Shown in pieces: positions 46,736 to 55,369 of a stretch of 64,000 nucleotides of DNA (positions are counted from its first letter, which is position 1; each line of letters begins with the position of its first letter). A program made the translations under genes and the position numbers. The stretch lies in IMG/VR virus record IMGVR_UViG_3300042387_001967; one strand, given 5' to 3'. This stretch comes from a virus. The notes under the pieces are model-generated. The model was not told the origin of the DNA. It searched no databases and saw only the letters and a list, made by a program, of their open reading frames with translations.

Positions 46736-47377
46736 TTACATTCCCTGCTGCGGGCCGCTGAACATCTGCGCGAGGCGCTGCTCGAGTTCGTCGAAGTTCG
46801 CCATGACATCTTCCAGCTGCTGCTTCATTCCCTGCATCTCTTTCTCGTGTTGCTCGCTGCCGGCCGCCAGTTGCTCGATCACGCCGATGATCTCTTCGAG
46901 CATCTCGGGCGTAATCGGAGACGCCGGAGGAGGCTGCTGCTGCGGAGGCATCCCGCCCTGCATCATCGAAGGGTCCATCGGCATGCCGGTGTTCGGATCG
47001 ACTGGCATACCCTGCGGAGGCATGCCGCCCTGCATCATTGACGGGTCCATTCCTGGAGGCATCCCCTGCGGAGGCATACCCTGCGGAGGCATACCACCTT
47101 GCATCATCGATGGGTCCATTCCTGGAGGCATCCCCTGCGGAGGCATACCACCTTGCATCATCGACGGGTACATCGGCATGCCGGTGTTCGGATCGACTGG
47201 CATACCCTGCGGAGGCATGCCGCCCTGCATCATTGACGGGTCCATGCCTGGAGGCATGCCGCCGCCAGGCATCGGCGGCGCGGCCATGAATGCTTCTTTG
47301 CGAATGGTTTCGAGGTCGGCCCGCTCCTGGCGCAAACGGGCGAGGCTTTGTTTCATGCTGGCGAGATCTGCGGACAT
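46736..47377 (-). CDS. Pro/Met/Gln/Gly repeat protein with flanking coiled coils
   Basis: 213 aa from MSADLAS. RKEAF motif, then five MDPSMMQGGMPPQG-type units. Confidence 0.6.
   Translation of the reverse strand: MSADLASMKQSLARLRQERADLETIRKEAFMAAPPMPGGGMPPGMDPSMMQGGMPPQGMPVDPNTGMPMYPSMMQGGMPPQGMPPGMDPSMMQGGMPPQGMPPQGMPPGMDPSMMQGGMPPQGMPVDPNTGMPMDPSMMQGGMPPQQQPPPASPITPEMLEEIIGVIEQLAAGSEQHEKEMQGMKQQLEDVMANFDELEQRLAQMFSGPQQGM
46941..47275 (-). repeat. In-frame tandem repeats encoding MDPSMMQGGMPPQG / MPVDPNTG
   Basis: Repeated gggtccat...ggaggcat...ccctgcatcat blocks. Confidence 0.85.
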
Positions 47378-47413
47378 GAGTGGGAGTTTGGCAGAATCAG
47401 CGGCGCTCGTCAA
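47378..47413 (-). promoter_or_regulatory. Sigma70-like leaderless promoter TTGACG-17-CAAACT-7-ATG
   Basis: -35 at 47408-47413, -10 at 47385-47390, ATG at 47377. Lies just after a terminator. Confidence 0.55.
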
Positions 47414-47420
47414 TCGAAGT

Positions 47421-47468
47421 AAAAAATCGGAGCACCGGCGCGGAGTTGCCCCCGCGCCGGTGTCGATG
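47421..47468 (-). terminator. Intrinsic terminator
   Basis: Core stem CACCGGCGCGG/CCGCGCCGGTG, extended by ATCG/CGAT, then a T run. Confidence 0.65.
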
Positions 47469-47472
47469 ATTT

Positions 47473-47799
47473 TTACGGGACCACTGCCGGATCGGGGGCA
47501 GCGGCTGCCTCCGCGTTCGTCTGCATCTGCCCCTTGATCGCGACGAGCGCGAGCGCTGCAGCCGCCACCGCGTCGGGGTCCGCTTGCTGCAGATCTCCGA
47601 TGGCGTCGACGAGCGCCTCGCGCTCGTCGCGTTGCTTCGCGATGTGATCGGCGCCGGAGATCATCTCCGCGCCGAAGTCCTTCATTTGCTTTTGCCATCC
47701 TGTGAAGTTCAGGACCCCGACCGCTTCAAGAGCGTGACCGGCAGCAGCGATGGGAGCGCCGAGGAGCAGACCTCCGGCGCGTATGATGGAACTAATCAT
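47473..47799 (-). CDS. Hypothetical protein
   Basis: 108 aa with an A/C-rich leader and upstream TGT-CATAAT extended -10. Confidence 0.55.
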   Translation of the reverse strand: MISSIIRAGGLLLGAPIAAAGHALEAVGVLNFTGWQKQMKDFGAEMISGADHIAKQRDEREALVDAIGDLQQADPDAVAAAALALVAIKGQMQTNAEAAAAPDPAVVP

Positions 47800-47891
47800 T
47801 TAGTATTGGTGTTGTTGTTGGTGTTCGTGCGTTGGGCGGTATGCCCTCAGCAACATATTATGACACCGCAACACCCCGAATTGCAGACTGC

Positions 47892-50429
47892 TCAGTCCTT
47901 GTTCAGCTTGCTGGAGATACCAGCGCCGGCAGTCCCCAAGCCGGCGAGTCCAAGCAGGGCCCCGACTGTTTTCAGTTTGGGCGACAGCTTCGTGCTGACC
48001 GCCGAAAGCAGCGAGCCGTAACCTCTGACGCTGTTTGCCTGCAGAAATTTCCGCAGCCCTTTGCCCGCCATAAACGGAGCATCGTCGGCATTGACGCCGC
48101 GCATCATCCGCCGCTCGCGGTAGAAAAACGGAGCCAGCTTATCGAAAGTGCTCCCTTGGACTTTACCCTCTTCCAGTCGCTTGAGATAAGGCTCGAACCG
48201 CTGAAGCATAGACACGTCTTCCGGCGCGCGGGCAATACGCAGCGCCTCGTCGGCCCCCATGACTCTCGATACTTCCGGAGTCAGGCGCAGTTGCGGATCT
48301 GCGGCGTGCGACAACATCTCGCGCGACAGCAGCGCACGAGGCGTCTTTGCCCCTTCAGCGTAGTGCGTCTGGTTGTCCATGATTGCCCAGCGCTTCTTCT
48401 GATCCACTATGTCTCCCATACCGAGTCCAACCTTCAGCGTAGTCTTCCAGTCATCCGACAACGACGTCAGCGGAAACCTGGAAGTAAGCACGTGCGCCGG
48501 GACGCCCATGATCCGCAAGTTCGACATGGCCTTCGCGGCGTCAGCATACTTGTCCACGATGCCCAGGTATTCCCGGATTCTGGGCGCGTCGGCAGTCCAA
48601 AGATGATCCGGATATTTCTGCGCGTAACGTCGCGTCGCGTTGACGTAGTCACGAGCCAGCGGTCGAATTTTCGCAAAAGAACGTCCAGTGTCGTAGATGC
48701 CTGCGCCGAGCACGGCGGCGCCGCCACCTGCGCCGATGGCGACGTTGTCTCGAGTATTCGTCGCAGCCGCCTTGTTCAGCCGCAAGTCAATGGGCGCCTG
48801 CGCCGTCTGGTTGCCTCCGAACAGTTTCGACAGCAATGCTCCACCACCTGCCAGCGCGCCGGCGCCGAGTGCCAGTTTACCGGCGCCATGCCGCAGCGCC
48901 GCGCTCCGGCCGGCGCGCAGCTGGCCCTCCAGCAGCGACTTGAACATGCCGCGACCGCCTTGAATGTCCTGCAGCGTCAGCGCGGCCTGCTGCGCGCGTC
49001 CGCCTTGGAGCTGCGGCAGTTCTTTCAGCAGATTGGCGAACCCGTCGTAATCGCCAGACTGCAGCGTCTTTACACCGCGCAGTTCGAGATAGTCACGAAT
49101 ACCATCCAGTCCGCGGCGGACGACGCTCTCCCCTTTTGCGTCCTGGAACACCGAAGGGTTCATCCAGTTCCTTGCCGCCGATTCAGCCAGATGCTGGTCC
49201 GCGGGAAGTCCCTGGTTGATCGTCGCCCGCAGTTTATTCTCGAACCCATGAATGCCTCGGTCTGCGATCAGATCCGACTCCGACCACGGAACATTTTGGC
49301 GGGCCTTGAAAACCTGCTCATCGTCGATCAGCGCGATCGGTGCGCCGCCGTGAGCCAGAGCTTCGAACGGACTAGACCCGCCCATCCCCATGACGTGCAA
49401 GTCGGAGTTACCGATCAGCGAGTTGAACCCGGACGGCCCTCCAGTCTTTGCAGTCGTACCTGGAACGATGAAAATGTTCTTCTGCGGTCCGCCTGCGTGT
49501 GCGATCGCCGTTTCGCGCGCCAGATTTGGACCCTGGCCTCCGACTCCGAGAATGACGTAATCGTCGAGGTTGTGACCTTTGGCCTTCAGCGCTTCGGCAA
49601 CCCACCGCGCGCGGGCGCCGACAGTATCGCCGCGGGTCGCGCCGGAGACTGTGATGATCTTCTTGCCGCGGAAGGTGTCGGGCGTGATCCCCTGGAACCC
49701 GCCGTGTTGCGTCATGTGCTGCGCCAGAAATTTCGAGTAGGCGTCGCGGTCCATGAGCGGGCTGAGATTTTTCGTCTCCACCAGCGGGTGTGCGCGCCCC
49801 ATGTAGTGCAGCTTGCCGCCGGACAGCACATGCGACGGCCCTGGGTCGAAGTTGCCGTAAGTCGCCGCGTGCGTGTCGCGCAGCCCGGAAATCCGGCGCG
49901 CATCCCCAGTCGCCATGTAGCCCGTCGCGTCGTTGCGTCCATCCGGTTGGAATTGCAGAAAGTTTTCGAACCGCTGCCGAAAATGAGGATCCTGCTGTCG
50001 CACATTCTCCCCGCGCATGCGATCCATCCAGCTCGCGCGCGTCGGCGTGACATCGTGTGCGCGTTCCGGATCCAGCAGCCCCCATCCCGTGTCGACGCCA
50101 GTCAAGAACCGCTTCCCTTTCATGGCCTTCGCCGCCTCGTCTGATATCTTGCCCTCGTAGGAAATCACCGGGGCGTCGTTGACGTTCATTCGTCCCAAAA
50201 AGTTGTCGCGATTTTGCGCCTTCAGTTCCTCCAGGATGCGGCGGATCTGCGCCGCCGGCTCTTTGTGCCCGCCTCCCATAGGAGCTGCGGCGCCGTAAGT
50301 CAGCAGCACGTTGCGGTTGTTCAGGTCCGCCAATCCAGAACGACCCAGCGCGCCACCGAGCCCGAGCATGCCAGCGCCAGCGATTCCGGACGGCCATGGA
50401 TTCTCGGAGGTTGAAGCTTGCTTGCTCAT
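47892..50429 (-). CDS. KxA polyprotein with a GT-B (GT28, UgtP/MurG-like) glycosyltransferase module
   Basis: 'VLLTYG...GGGH...A..I', 'KKIITVSG', 'SDLHVMGMGGSSPFEALAHG.PI'. Starts MSKQAS; internal NKAAA; Gly zippers. Confidence 0.6.
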   Translation of the reverse strand: MSKQASTSENPWPSGIAGAGMLGLGGALGRSGLADLNNRNVLLTYGAAAPMGGGHKEPAAQIRRILEELKAQNRDNFLGRMNVNDAPVISYEGKISDEAAKAMKGKRFLTGVDTGWGLLDPERAHDVTPTRASWMDRMRGENVRQQDPHFRQRFENFLQFQPDGRNDATGYMATGDARRISGLRDTHAATYGNFDPGPSHVLSGGKLHYMGRAHPLVETKNLSPLMDRDAYSKFLAQHMTQHGGFQGITPDTFRGKKIITVSGATRGDTVGARARWVAEALKAKGHNLDDYVILGVGGQGPNLARETAIAHAGGPQKNIFIVPGTTAKTGGPSGFNSLIGNSDLHVMGMGGSSPFEALAHGGAPIALIDDEQVFKARQNVPWSESDLIADRGIHGFENKLRATINQGLPADQHLAESAARNWMNPSVFQDAKGESVVRRGLDGIRDYLELRGVKTLQSGDYDGFANLLKELPQLQGGRAQQAALTLQDIQGGRGMFKSLLEGQLRAGRSAALRHGAGKLALGAGALAGGGALLSKLFGGNQTAQAPIDLRLNKAAATNTRDNVAIGAGGGAAVLGAGIYDTGRSFAKIRPLARDYVNATRRYAQKYPDHLWTADAPRIREYLGIVDKYADAAKAMSNLRIMGVPAHVLTSRFPLTSLSDDWKTTLKVGLGMGDIVDQKKRWAIMDNQTHYAEGAKTPRALLSREMLSHAADPQLRLTPEVSRVMGADEALRIARAPEDVSMLQRFEPYLKRLEEGKVQGSTFDKLAPFFYRERRMMRGVNADDAPFMAGKGLRKFLQANSVRGYGSLLSAVSTKLSPKLKTVGALLGLAGLGTAGAGISSKLNKD

Positions 50430-53400
50430 CGGTTTCGGTTGTGCGGCATCTGCGCGGCATTATGATACCTGAGCACGTCGGGATCGACAACTCCTTTCGG
50501 CATGTGCAGCCGGAAGCCGGTCGGGATGTGCGTCACACCCACGATGCCTTTGCCGTCGTCCGAGTCGATCGACCAGTCCTCCGCGTGCCGACGCATGTTC
50601 TGCCGAATCAGCTTGTGCTTCATCGAGTAGTCGCCGGCGTCCGAGTGCTCCTTGGCGGCTCTCAGCGCCGGGAGCGCCGGATGCGCCTGGCCCTGCTTGA
50701 ACAGGTCCAGCATTCCCTGTATCGGCGCCGCGGGAGGCGGAGGCGGAGGCAGCGCCGGGATTGCCGGTGGCGTGACCAGCCCTTTGAGCATGTCCTGGAT
50801 CTTCTGCGACGGCATGCGCGACTTTATTCCCAGCCGCATGACATCTGGATGCTTAAAGAAGTATCGACGCAGAACTTCGGGCGTGGAGTCGAATGCCGCA
50901 GCGAACGACTCTGCGCCGCCCACGCCTGACTTCCGAACATTCCGGATATTCTCCAACGCCTGTGCGATGCTCTGCAGACGCTTGGCGCTCGCCTGCTTGG
51001 CGAACTTCTCCTGCACGGGGGCAGCCTGCTGCACGATGCCTGGAATGACGCGACGCTGCCACTGCTTCAGCGACTTCAGGTAGGCAGGATCGGCGGCTGG
51101 ATCACGCATCCCGCGCAGCATACGCTGCGCATCTACCGGCACCGATTTAATCGAATTCTCGAACACCGCCGGGTCTGCGTGATGCACATTCATGGATTCC
51201 AACCATTTGTCGTAAGCCTCCGGACTGGTGATTCGACTACCTGTATCCTTGAACTGCTGCGCCTGGATCGTCGACATGTAACCGCGATGCTCACCGGGCT
51301 TCAAATCGTGCGGAAGCTTGTCCATAAAGTTCTGACGCTCCACGTATCCCGGGTCTTTGGCTGGTCCTACAAAATAAGCGTCGTCATGCTCACCAACCGC
51401 CCAGTTATCACCCGCAGCGTGGTTGACTTCGTGGGCCAGCACGTCCGCCGGCTTGGCCCCTGCTGCCGCCATCTCTGGCGACTCGTCGCGTAAAAATTTA
51501 CCCGCATCCGCAGGCATGAAAACAGCGCTGCCGTGTATGCCTTGCTGCACAAACGGAGCGTATTGACTGTTTGATGTCGGATTGCTAGTGACCACGGTCA
51601 CCGGACGCTGCCAGCCGTCCGTCGTGTTCGGCAGCTTGTTCTTCAGATTGTATTGCGCTGCCTGTTCCAGCTGCGCCGGAAATTGATCCCCGTAATATGG
51701 CGTTTTGAAATCGGCTGGATTTACAGTCGATTTTGAATCCATCAGGTTTACCTCGGCACCTGGCGGCTTTCCCGGCGCGGTAGGCCGTGGCTTGGCGTTC
51801 CAGTTCATGGGAATTTTACCCGTAACAGTCCGCGGACGCCTTACCGGCTCCAGCATTCCGACAGTTCCTGCCTTGTGCATCTCCTGCCACGCTGTCGCGG
51901 CTTTTTCGAATGCGTTTTCCACGGGGACGTAAGCGGCGGATTTCTCGACGCCTTCCTCCTCATCTTTCTGGCGTCGCCGGCCGGAGATCCAGCCGCCTGC
52001 CATGCCCGACAGCACGCTGGGCAACACCCCGCCCGCAAGGTAGGTCGACAGCGCACTCAGCAGGTCCTTCTTCCCCTCGGCGCTCAGCGACCCGTCGCCA
52101 AGACCCTTCAGGTGCCGCAGCGCGTGGTAGCTGGCGCCCGCTTCGGGGCCGACCGTTCCCAGACTGGACAGCAGGCCGATGCCGGTGCCATACAACCCGC
52201 CCTTCAGCGTGCTGCCGCTCGCCAGGCCGGCCGCCATCGAACCAGCGGCCGCCATCGGCGCCACCCATCCCTGGTGAGGGTAGATGTGCCGCTGTAGGAA
52301 GCGCAGCATGCCCGGGGTCTCCTCGATCTTCGCATGCCCTGCCTCGTGTCCGATGACCGGCGCTCCGGCGCGCTCGTTCGCCACCATGACTCCGCTGCGC
52401 ATCAGCCGCTGCAGCTTCTCCATGGTGCGTCCGTATTCCCCCTTCGTCGTCGGGGTGCGCGGCGTGACATCCCGCAACCCGGAGAATTGCCGCATGAACT
52501 GCAGCCCTTCCTTCTCGGTGTTGGGCTTGTAAAAAAATGCGTTGGCCGTCCCATCGGCGTTCGACGCCAGCATCAGCGGCTCGGTACCTGAGATGCTTGC
52601 GATCGTGCCTGGCCACTTGTCGACACCAAGCGGCGGAGTATTCGACACCTCGCGCACCGCCCAGTTCTGCGAGGCGCTGCGTCCGAGCGATCCAAGCAGC
52701 GCAGCAGCGATAGTGAGCGGGATGACCGGGGAGTTGCGCTGTTCGGCGAATTCGGCCTGCTTGTACAAATCCGGCAGCCCCTTGTATCCCGGCGTGAAGC
52801 CGTGCGGTCCGGCGGCCAGGATACGCTGCTGCACCGGGTTGCCAGTCTGCGGAAGATTGCGGACGTATGACGAAAACGATGGCGCTCTGGCTCCCTTGAA
52901 GTATGCCATCGCTTCCGGCCTCGCTCCTGCTTGCTGCAGAAATTGCAGGGCTGAGTTGTTGGCCCCCAGTTCGTTCATCACCTTGTCCATGTGCGGCAGC
53001 CCCGGCACTTCGTGTCCGCCCATGCTGTCACCGATTCCAGCGCGGCGCATCGCCCGGTGGTTCATGTGGTGTCCGCCCTCATGGAGGAGCGAAGCGATTG
53101 GCGACGGGTTGGTGCCGCCAGGCGTCCCTTGCCCGTATGTGAAGCGGAAGGCGCCGGCGTCTGGCTGCATGGTCATCGTGTTTCTTGGTCGACCTTTTCC
53201 GACGTCGAGAACAGTGTCCCGGAACGCCTGCTGCGTGGGGTCCCAGGATCCTCGCGAATAGCCGGACGTTCCAACCGGAAGCTTCGCGCCGGTGTTCGGC
53301 AGTCGCGCTCCGACCGTTTCCGGAATCACCCGCCGCACCGCTGCGCCTTCGTTTCGCAACTGCCGAAGGAATGCCTTGATCGGTCCGGTGTGTCCGGTGA

Positions 53401-54007
53401 GCGCCTTGAATCCAAGCACCGCCTTCTTGTGCATCTGGCGGCGGGCCTGTGCCTCCTCGTTGTCCAGTGCGCTCACAATCCCTGACATCGACACGCCCAG
53501 GAGCGGGTGCAGTCCGGACGCGGCGAGATGAAACGCGTCGCCCGCTTCGGCGATCGAACTGTAGCCCTTGTATTTGCGGTCCCGCATCGTCTCGTAGGCG
53601 TTGACCGCGCCGAGCCGGTTGCTGCCGCCGAACCAGCCCGGGTTGTCCAGCAGCGCCTTGTCGTCCAGCTCGCGCAGCCGCTTGCGCTTCTCCGTGTCGT
53701 AGGACTTCTGGATGCTCCGCAGCTCCAGGTGTCGCAGCAACTGCACGATCGCGAGCGGGCCGAGCATTGCCGCGGCGCGCACCGGTTTGGACTGGTCTGC
53801 CGTGTAGGCCCCGCCGACGGCACCGAGGCCCATGGCCAGCAGCTGCGTGACCCGAGGATTGTCGACAAGCACCGAGGGATCGCGACCCACCCGCGCAGCC
53901 ATCACCTGGGCTGCGCCGGCACGACGGGCCCCCGAAGGCATCAGCGGAATAAAGTCCGCGAGCAACGGGCCGATTCCTGTTCCTAGCGATTCGGGAGTTT
54001 GCGACAC
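50426..54007 (-). CDS. Polyvalent protein with three HExxH zincin modules
   Basis: Likely GTG start at 54007, supported by a leaderless promoter. HEGGH 53069-53083, HEAGH 52334-52348, HEVNH 51419-51433, with KxA motifs between modules. Confidence 0.65.
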   Translation of the reverse strand: MSQTPESLGTGIGPLLADFIPLMPSGARRAGAAQVMAARVGRDPSVLVDNPRVTQLLAMGLGAVGGAYTADQSKPVRAAAMLGPLAIVQLLRHLELRSIQKSYDTEKRKRLRELDDKALLDNPGWFGGSNRLGAVNAYETMRDRKYKGYSSIAEAGDAFHLAASGLHPLLGVSMSGIVSALDNEEAQARRQMHKKAVLGFKALTGHTGPIKAFLRQLRNEGAAVRRVIPETVGARLPNTGAKLPVGTSGYSRGSWDPTQQAFRDTVLDVGKGRPRNTMTMQPDAGAFRFTYGQGTPGGTNPSPIASLLHEGGHHMNHRAMRRAGIGDSMGGHEVPGLPHMDKVMNELGANNSALQFLQQAGARPEAMAYFKGARAPSFSSYVRNLPQTGNPVQQRILAAGPHGFTPGYKGLPDLYKQAEFAEQRNSPVIPLTIAAALLGSLGRSASQNWAVREVSNTPPLGVDKWPGTIASISGTEPLMLASNADGTANAFFYKPNTEKEGLQFMRQFSGLRDVTPRTPTTKGEYGRTMEKLQRLMRSGVMVANERAGAPVIGHEAGHAKIEETPGMLRFLQRHIYPHQGWVAPMAAAGSMAAGLASGSTLKGGLYGTGIGLLSSLGTVGPEAGASYHALRHLKGLGDGSLSAEGKKDLLSALSTYLAGGVLPSVLSGMAGGWISGRRRQKDEEEGVEKSAAYVPVENAFEKAATAWQEMHKAGTVGMLEPVRRPRTVTGKIPMNWNAKPRPTAPGKPPGAEVNLMDSKSTVNPADFKTPYYGDQFPAQLEQAAQYNLKNKLPNTTDGWQRPVTVVTSNPTSNSQYAPFVQQGIHGSAVFMPADAGKFLRDESPEMAAAGAKPADVLAHEVNHAAGDNWAVGEHDDAYFVGPAKDPGYVERQNFMDKLPHDLKPGEHRGYMSTIQAQQFKDTGSRITSPEAYDKWLESMNVHHADPAVFENSIKSVPVDAQRMLRGMRDPAADPAYLKSLKQWQRRVIPGIVQQAAPVQEKFAKQASAKRLQSIAQALENIRNVRKSGVGGAESFAAAFDSTPEVLRRYFFKHPDVMRLGIKSRMPSQKIQDMLKGLVTPPAIPALPPPPPPAAPIQGMLDLFKQGQAHPALPALRAAKEHSDAGDYSMKHKLIRQNMRRHAEDWSIDSDDGKGIVGVTHIPTGFRLHMPKGVVDPDVLRYHNAAQMPHNRNR

Positions 54008-54042
54008 TCCGGGAGAGTAGCGGGATTGTGCAACGAGTTCAA
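54008..54042 (-). promoter_or_regulatory. Sigma70-like leaderless promoter TTGAAC-17-TACTCT-6-GTG
   Basis: -35 at 54037-54042, -10 at 54014-54019, GTG at 54007. Confidence 0.58.
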
Positions 54043-54063
54043 CCACGTAAAGAAGAGCGACCA

Positions 54064-54092
54064 CCGCCGGCTCCCAGGGCGGGAGCCGGCGG
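54064..54092 (-). terminator. 12-bp GC hairpin (terminator-like)
   Basis: CCGCCGGCTCCC, 5-nt loop, GGGAGCCGGCGG just after the stop at 54109. The U tract is weak and displaced. Confidence 0.5.
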
Positions 54093-54108
54093 GCGCGGCG
54101 GAAGCGGC

Positions 54109-54618
54109 TCAATAGCCACGCGGATGAGGCGGCGGCTCCCCGCGCTTCCACCAATCCTCGTCTGTTGGGTCCATGTCGCGCATGTCGCGCATGCCGTCCT
54201 GCAGCATTTCCGGGTGGTTCTTCGCGATCTCGTCGTATGCTGTCCGCGCCTCCTTCTTGAGCGCGATCTCCTGCGTGTCGGAGATGTAGCCGCCGTAAGA
54301 GGCGAACCACAGTGCCCCGGCGACGTCCACGCCGACGACGTGGGTCGATCCAAACGCCATACGGCCTTGCGGCGTCGTGACCACCAGGTGCAGGAACACC
54401 TGCTCCGGCTGCTCCGGATCGGTCAAGTGCCTCGTCGCCGTGATGTCATACTCGAGCGTGCAGAACTCGGCGTGATCCGGCGACGGGCCGTCCACAAACT
54501 GGAGCGGGCGCAGCGCGGTCATGTGGTCCTCGACACGGGTGATGTCTCGCGCGGCGTCGAACGGGCGCAGCGCGTCAGGGGGCGATGGACTGACGTATTT
54601 GGCGATGATGTTGATCAT
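54109..54618 (-). CDS. Hypothetical protein
   Basis: 169 aa from MINIIAKY, with its own promoter and downstream hairpin. Confidence 0.55.
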   Translation of the reverse strand: MINIIAKYVSPSPPDALRPFDAARDITRVEDHMTALRPLQFVDGPSPDHAEFCTLEYDITATRHLTDPEQPEQVFLHLVVTTPQGRMAFGSTHVVGVDVAGALWFASYGGYISDTQEIALKKEARTAYDEIAKNHPEMLQDGMRDMRDMDPTDEDWWKRGEPPPHPRGY

Positions 54619-54652
54619 GTGGTAATTGTAGGCCGATGCTCGGCGTTGGAAA
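54619..54652 (-). promoter_or_regulatory. Sigma70-like leaderless promoter TTTCCA-16-TACAAT-6-ATG
   Basis: -10 at 54625-54630, -35 at 54647-54652, ATG at 54618. Confidence 0.55.
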
Positions 54653-54667
54653 CATAAAATGAGGGTT

Positions 54668-54701
54668 GCAGCGGGGCCGATGTCACCACCGGCCCCGCTG
54701 C
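54668..54701 (-). terminator. 12-bp GC hairpin (terminator-like)
   Basis: GCAGCGGGGCCG, 10-nt loop, CGGCCCCGCTGC right after the stop at 54707. Confidence 0.5.
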
Positions 54702-54706
54702 GTTGA

Positions 54707-55330
54707 TTACCTCTCGATGAGACTGAGATGGTAGGCCATCTCTTCCATCGCCACAGTGACGCTGCCGCCACTGAATTGGTCGAATGCGGGGCGGAAGAAA
54801 CCAGTGCGCCGGTTGACGCCGAAGCGCCCGCCGGGGCAGACCTCTGCCCACACCGTGTAGGTGCCGGCGAAGACTCCGCGCCGCACGCGTGTGGTCATCT
54901 CCACCCGCTCGCGCGCGTGGTTGACGACCGGTTCGCCGTCCTGGCGGATGTCCGCCTTCCGGTCGCGCCGGTCGACGAATGTCGTCAGGCCGGCCGTGAC
55001 GAACCGCACGGCCTCGCGCGCCTTCGACACTCGGCGGCGAACGTCGAGATCCGCCGCGGTGTAGACCTCGGCGAATGCGACGGCGCCGCGTTCCTCGGGG
55101 GTGCGCCGGAGCAGCTCTTCTTCGACGCGGCCGCGCAGCGCTTCGAGCTGGATGTCGTCCAGCTCGCGCACGCCGCCGCCGAGTGGCGACGGCGTCGACG
55201 GGTCGGCGCCGTCGCGCGGCGGGTTGTCTTCGCCCGGACGTTCGTCCGGGTCGAAGTCGTTATCTTCAGGGTGGACCGGCGGGTTCATGACCCCCGGCTT
55301 TTTGGATTTGTGAGTAGTGGACGTGTTCAC
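54707..55330 (-). CDS. Hypothetical protein with acidic N-terminus
   Basis: Up to 207 aa. Start is uncertain (GTG 55330 or a downstream ATG). Confidence 0.55.
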   Translation of the reverse strand: MNTSTTHKSKKPGVMNPPVHPEDNDFDPDERPGEDNPPRDGADPSTPSPLGGGVRELDDIQLEALRGRVEEELLRRTPEERGAVAFAEVYTAADLDVRRRVSKAREAVRFVTAGLTTFVDRRDRKADIRQDGEPVVNHARERVEMTTRVRRGVFAGTYTVWAEVCPGGRFGVNRRTGFFRPAFDQFSGGSVTVAMEEMAYHLSLIER

Positions 55331-55369
55331 AATTTCTTATGACGCACCACGCCTCGGAATTGCACCGGA

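Noticed and set aside
46941-47275. CRISPR-like array (also 9236-9480 and 55411-55480)
   Set aside because: Repeats are in-frame, imperfect and lack unique spacers; no cas genes are present.
54008-54310. N-terminal extension of the 1294-aa ORF call
   Set aside because: It crosses a hairpin and overlaps the upstream gene; a promoter points to GTG 54007.
54632-54644. GCCGA-GCA-TCGGC mini-hairpin as an N4-type virion RNAP promoter
   Set aside because: It is a single instance, the loop does not match the N4 pattern on the template strand, and a sigma70-like promoter explains the site.
55331-55369. Promoter for the 55330 ORF (GTGCAA-17-TCATAA)
   Set aside because: The -10 lacks the conserved A and T positions seen in the other promoters.
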